From an uncultured virus (IMG/VR IMGVR_UViG_3300025633_000001) (Duplodnaviria > Heunggongvirae > Uroviricota > Caudoviricetes): a stretch of 25,185 nucleotides of DNA. Where the stretch lies: the IMG/VR virus record IMGVR_UViG_3300025633_000001, one strand, 5' to 3'. Of this stretch, positions 22,534 to 25,185 are shown piece after piece. Position 1 is the stretch's first letter, and the number at the start of each line of letters is the position of its first letter. The notes under the pieces are model-generated. The model saw only the letters and a program-made list of their open reading frames with translations, was not told the DNA's origin and ran no database searches. The translations under genes were made by a program, and so were the position numbers.

Positions 22534-23790
22534 CTAGAAGGTCGCGACCGCGTTGGTGAGCGCGATCTGGGCGGGCGTGTACCCGCCGCTGTTCCCCGCC
22601 AGGGCGGTGCTGGGCAGCAGCGAACCGCTGACCTCCCACCCCCACATGGTCTTCTGCGGCTTGAGGTCAGACGACTTGAACGCCGCGAGCCCCGCGTTGA
22701 TGTTCATGGCGACCTGGGAGGCTCCGCTGAGGCCGTTGGTGACCGCCCACACGAGCGCGGGCTGGGTGTTGTTCAGCATCGTGGTCAGCGGACCCTGGTC
22801 GACCACGGCGTCATAAGTGAGCTTGAACGTGGATTCCAGGGGGCCGCGGCTGAGGCAGTACGGCGACTGCTGCCCGTCCGCCGCGGACACCACGTCCATC
22901 TCCCGCGTGAATGTCGCGGACCATTCAACGACGTTCGGGGTGGCGACGGTGGCGATGGTGTTCGTGGACTGCCACGACGGCCACAGCTGAACGCTGGAGA
23001 ACGCGGCGGTGATGGGCGCGGCCGGGTGGGTCATCGACCAGCTGGTGATCTTCCCGGACCAGCTGACCATCCCGGACTTCTTGCCGGTGATCGTGATCTC
23101 CGAGACACAGGAGTACAGGTACTGGTCAGCCAGGTTGCCGCCTGATCCGGCGAGCGTGGTCCGGTGGGCGATCGTGTGGGTGGGCGGCTGGCAGCCGGTC
23201 AGCCCGGTCGAGGAGTTCACGTTGAGCGCCGTGAACGTGTGGCTGAACGGGGCGATGACCGGCTGGATGGTCACGCCGCTGAGGTGATTGAACCGGATCG
23301 GCGTCGAGGCGCTCGGGACGACAGAGGTCGTCGTGGAGCCGGTGCCGACCTTGATCACCTCGGAGTTCAGCGCCGAGTCGATCTGCGCGAACGTCCCGGC
23401 GGCGGCGACCGCCCCTGTCGACACGGGGCACGCGGACTCGCCCGGCGTCAGCGCGGCGGTGGTCGTCCACGGGGTGCCGCTGGAAGTCCCGGTGGACACC
23501 AGGTCACCGAACATGTTCAGGAGAACGTGCCCGAAGGTGTCCCCGAACACGGGGGACTCGGGGACGGTGTGCTCGGCCCACAGGGGGCCCATCTGCTCGT
23601 TGTAGACCTTGACGGGCGCACCGCGCATGGCGGTGTCATCGATCCACGTGGGCTTGTTGGACGGCTCGAACGTCCCCGTGGGGATGCACACGAAGTTCGT
23701 GCCGGCGGTTGCGGGTGCCGTGATCTCCTTCGCCATCGCCCAGAAGGACGTAGCGACCATGGGCACATTGACCGGAGGGGTAAGCGGCAT
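22534..23790 (-). CDS. Major tail (tube) protein (418 aa)
   Basis: AMAKEITA, DTAMRG, FSHTFT motifs; beta-rich; immediately upstream of the chaperone; GGAG RBS. Confidence 0.85.
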   Translation of the reverse strand: MPLTPPVNVPMVATSFWAMAKEITAPATAGTNFVCIPTGTFEPSNKPTWIDDTAMRGAPVKVYNEQMGPLWAEHTVPESPVFGDTFGHVLLNMFGDLVSTGTSSGTPWTTTAALTPGESACPVSTGAVAAAGTFAQIDSALNSEVIKVGTGSTTTSVVPSASTPIRFNHLSGVTIQPVIAPFSHTFTALNVNSSTGLTGCQPPTHTIAHRTTLAGSGGNLADQYLYSCVSEITITGKKSGMVSWSGKITSWSMTHPAAPITAAFSSVQLWPSWQSTNTIATVATPNVVEWSATFTREMDVVSAADGQQSPYCLSRGPLESTFKLTYDAVVDQGPLTTMLNNTQPALVWAVTNGLSGASQVAMNINAGLAAFKSSDLKPQKTMWGWEVSGSLLPSTALAGNSGGYTPAQIALTNAVATF

Positions 23791-23813
23791 GGGCTCGCTC
23801 CGTTTCGGGACAT

Positions 23814-23843
23814 GAAGAAAGCCCGCAGCGGTCAGCTACGGGC
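23814..23843 (-). terminator. Intrinsic terminator-like hairpin upstream of the major tail gene
   Basis: Minus strand GCCCGUAGC-UGACC-GCUGCGGGC followed by UUUCUUC (9-bp stem with one G-U pair). Confidence 0.6.
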
Positions 23844-23861
23844 CGGGATGGCGGGGGGAGA

Positions 23862-24164
23862 TCAGGACGCGGGCTTGCCCTTGCCGCGGATCGCGCCGAT
23901 CGTGGTGTCGGCCAAGGACTTCGCCGCCGAGTCGATCTCGGTGAGATCGGCATTCAGCCCCGCCGCGAGACCGGACGACGCTGGCTCGGCGGCGTCCTTC
24001 TCCGGCTTCTCGCCGTCGTCATACGGGAGCCAGTCGGCGTCCAGCGGCTCGTCCAGCTCAAGCACAGCGCCTGGCTTCACGGTGCCTACCGGGGATCCGT
24101 CGTGGGCATCCTTGGACTGCGCGTAGGTCCGGTCGGTGAGGCCGGTGAACTCGAAGTCAGGCAT
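23862..24164 (-). CDS. Small acidic phage protein upstream of the tail tube gene (100 aa, MPDFEFTG...)
   Basis: GGAGG immediately upstream of ATG 24164; the ORF-track extension to 24407 is unlikely. Confidence 0.8.
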   Translation of the reverse strand: MPDFEFTGLTDRTYAQSKDAHDGSPVGTVKPGAVLELDEPLDADWLPYDDGEKPEKDAAEPASSGLAAGLNADLTEIDSAAKSLADTTIGAIRGKGKPAS

Positions 24165-24301
24165 GCGGCCTCCAGGCGGCGAGGGACGTGAGGTGGGACG
24201 ATGGGCGGATGCACGAAACGCGCAGCACAGGCAGGCGGGTATGCCGGACTCATGGCGGGGCGAGCGGAGTTCACGAGAACGGCTCAGGACCGTGCGAGTG
24301 G

Positions 24302-25105
24302 GTGCCGACAAGCAGCGAGGGGCCGGTGGAGTGGCTGCGGTTCCAGGTCGAGATAGAAAGGCTTGCCGCCGTCGCCGCATGCAGACATGCCAGCCGCCCG
24401 CCCGCATGGGTGGTATACGGCTATCCGCAGCCGGGAGTGATGATCAGCCGCGACATCGACGGCCAGCCGGTCGTTTTCAAGGGCGACGGACCTAGCGAGA
24501 CCGAGGCCGCGCACATCGCCTTGCATGGCCCGCGTGATGCCATCGCGGATTGCGAGGCGAAGCTGGCGATCATCGACCGCTGCGCCGAACTCGCTGACCG
24601 GGTCGAACTCGGGGAAGGCGTCCACGACGGCCGGGACTGGGATGAGCTCGAACGGGATGAGGCGCTAGCAGACGAGGCGAACGAGTTCCTGTCCCTTATC
24701 GCCGAGAGCTACAAGCACCGGGACGGGTGGGCGGAACACTGGGCCTGCCCTGGCTGCGGGGTATCTTTCCGCGAGGTTCCGGTCGGGCATTCATGGGCTA
24801 TCCCGATGACCGGAGGTCCGTGGACATGCAGTGATCCGGTCAAGGCCGCCCCTGTCGCTGAGCTACGTCTTTACGAGCCGATAGCGCCTGGTTCGCGACT
24901 TACCGTCTGGCAGCCGGAGGGGGCTGTGCCGTTCGGGCCGGGGCCTTACGCGGCAGGTCAGGGCTTCACGCTCAAGGGGAACGACGGTCTATGGCGCGCA
25001 ATCCTGCAGTCATGGGACGAAACGCCGGAAGGGGTCACACTGGAGATGCAAGTCGAGGGGCGGTACCCCGCGACCAGCGCCCAGGCCGTTGCTACGCCTG
25101 GATGA
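24302..25105 (+). CDS. DUF6221-like protein with C-terminal extension, antisense to the late operon (start uncertain)
   Basis: EAAHIALHGPRDAIADCEAKLAII...LSLIAESYKHRDGWAEHW resembles the recalled DUF6221 pattern (HIARHDP.RVL...AK..I...LA..Y..H..Y..EW); GTG 24302 chosen because VEWLR is N-terminal in that family. Confidence 0.7.
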   Translation: MPTSSEGPVEWLRFQVEIERLAAVAACRHASRPPAWVVYGYPQPGVMISRDIDGQPVVFKGDGPSETEAAHIALHGPRDAIADCEAKLAIIDRCAELADRVELGEGVHDGRDWDELERDEALADEANEFLSLIAESYKHRDGWAEHWACPGCGVSFREVPVGHSWAIPMTGGPWTCSDPVKAAPVAELRLYEPIAPGSRLTVWQPEGAVPFGPGPYAAGQGFTLKGNDGLWRAILQSWDETPEGVTLEMQVEGRYPATSAQAVATPG

Positions 25106-25185
25106 GCTCGGTGAACGGCACCTGCAGCAGCGCCTCGTACTTGTTGTTCCGTGAGTCCGGCACTGGCCGCACGCTGACCCGGTAG
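25092..25185 (-). CDS. C-terminus of probable tail terminator/completion protein (...YRVSVRPVPDSRNNKYEALLQVPFTELIQA)
   Basis: Translated by hand; nearly all codons GC3; beta-strand ending; expected position upstream of the tail tube gene. Confidence 0.6.
   Translation of the reverse strand, partial: YRVSVRPVPDSRNNKYEALLQVPFTELIQA

Larger units (their letters stand above)
1..25185 (-). mobile_element. Tail and lysis module of an actinobacterial siphovirus/prophage (extends beyond both window edges)
   Basis: Canonical siphovirus order (tail tube, frameshifted chaperone, tape measure, tail tip, fibres, holin-like genes, endolysin); tightly packed minus-strand genes with many GTGA/ATGA/TGATG/TAGTG overlaps; high GC. 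Confidence 0.95.

Noticed and set aside
16449..23790. Contractile injection system, tailocin or gene transfer agent interpretation
   Set aside because: No sheath or baseplate wedge genes; long TMP, G/GT frameshift and gp10-like gene fit a non-contractile siphovirus tail. Head genes lie outside the window, so intact phage versus prophage remnant cannot be decided
106..24126. Many long plus-strand and alternative-frame ORFs in the track (e.g. 13707..15110, 18070..19479, 20218..21480, 6547..7791)
   Set aside because: Shadow ORFs of high-GC coding DNA: they overlap well-supported minus-strand genes, are Arg/Pro- or Ser/Ala-rich and carry no recognisable motifs

Overview
GC-rich (about 70% by eye) actinobacterial siphovirus or prophage late region, almost all encoded on the minus strand. 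Reading 25185->1: the 3' end of a probable tail terminator, an antisense DUF6221-like insertion, a small virion protein, the major tail tube protein, a tail assembly chaperone with a CCCAAAA -1 frameshift, an HK97 gp10-like protein and a 1655-aa tape measure protein. Next come a 2107-aa tail-tip protein with two glycoside-hydrolase-like barrels plus CBM-like and LamG-like domains, and a fibre-like protein. These are followed by a duplicated cassette (130-aa protein + fibre with conserved N-terminus and unrelated C-terminus) that flanks a beta-amylase/GH14-like hydrolase. The region ends with a membrane-protein-rich lysis cassette (including two micro-ORFs missing from the ORF track), an amidase endolysin and a DUF6527-like gene. 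The most notable feature is the modular, duplicated, glycanase-rich receptor-binding apparatus. No rRNA, tRNA, CRISPR array, integrase or reverse transcriptase was recognised. All family assignments come from motif recognition by eye; no database search was run.
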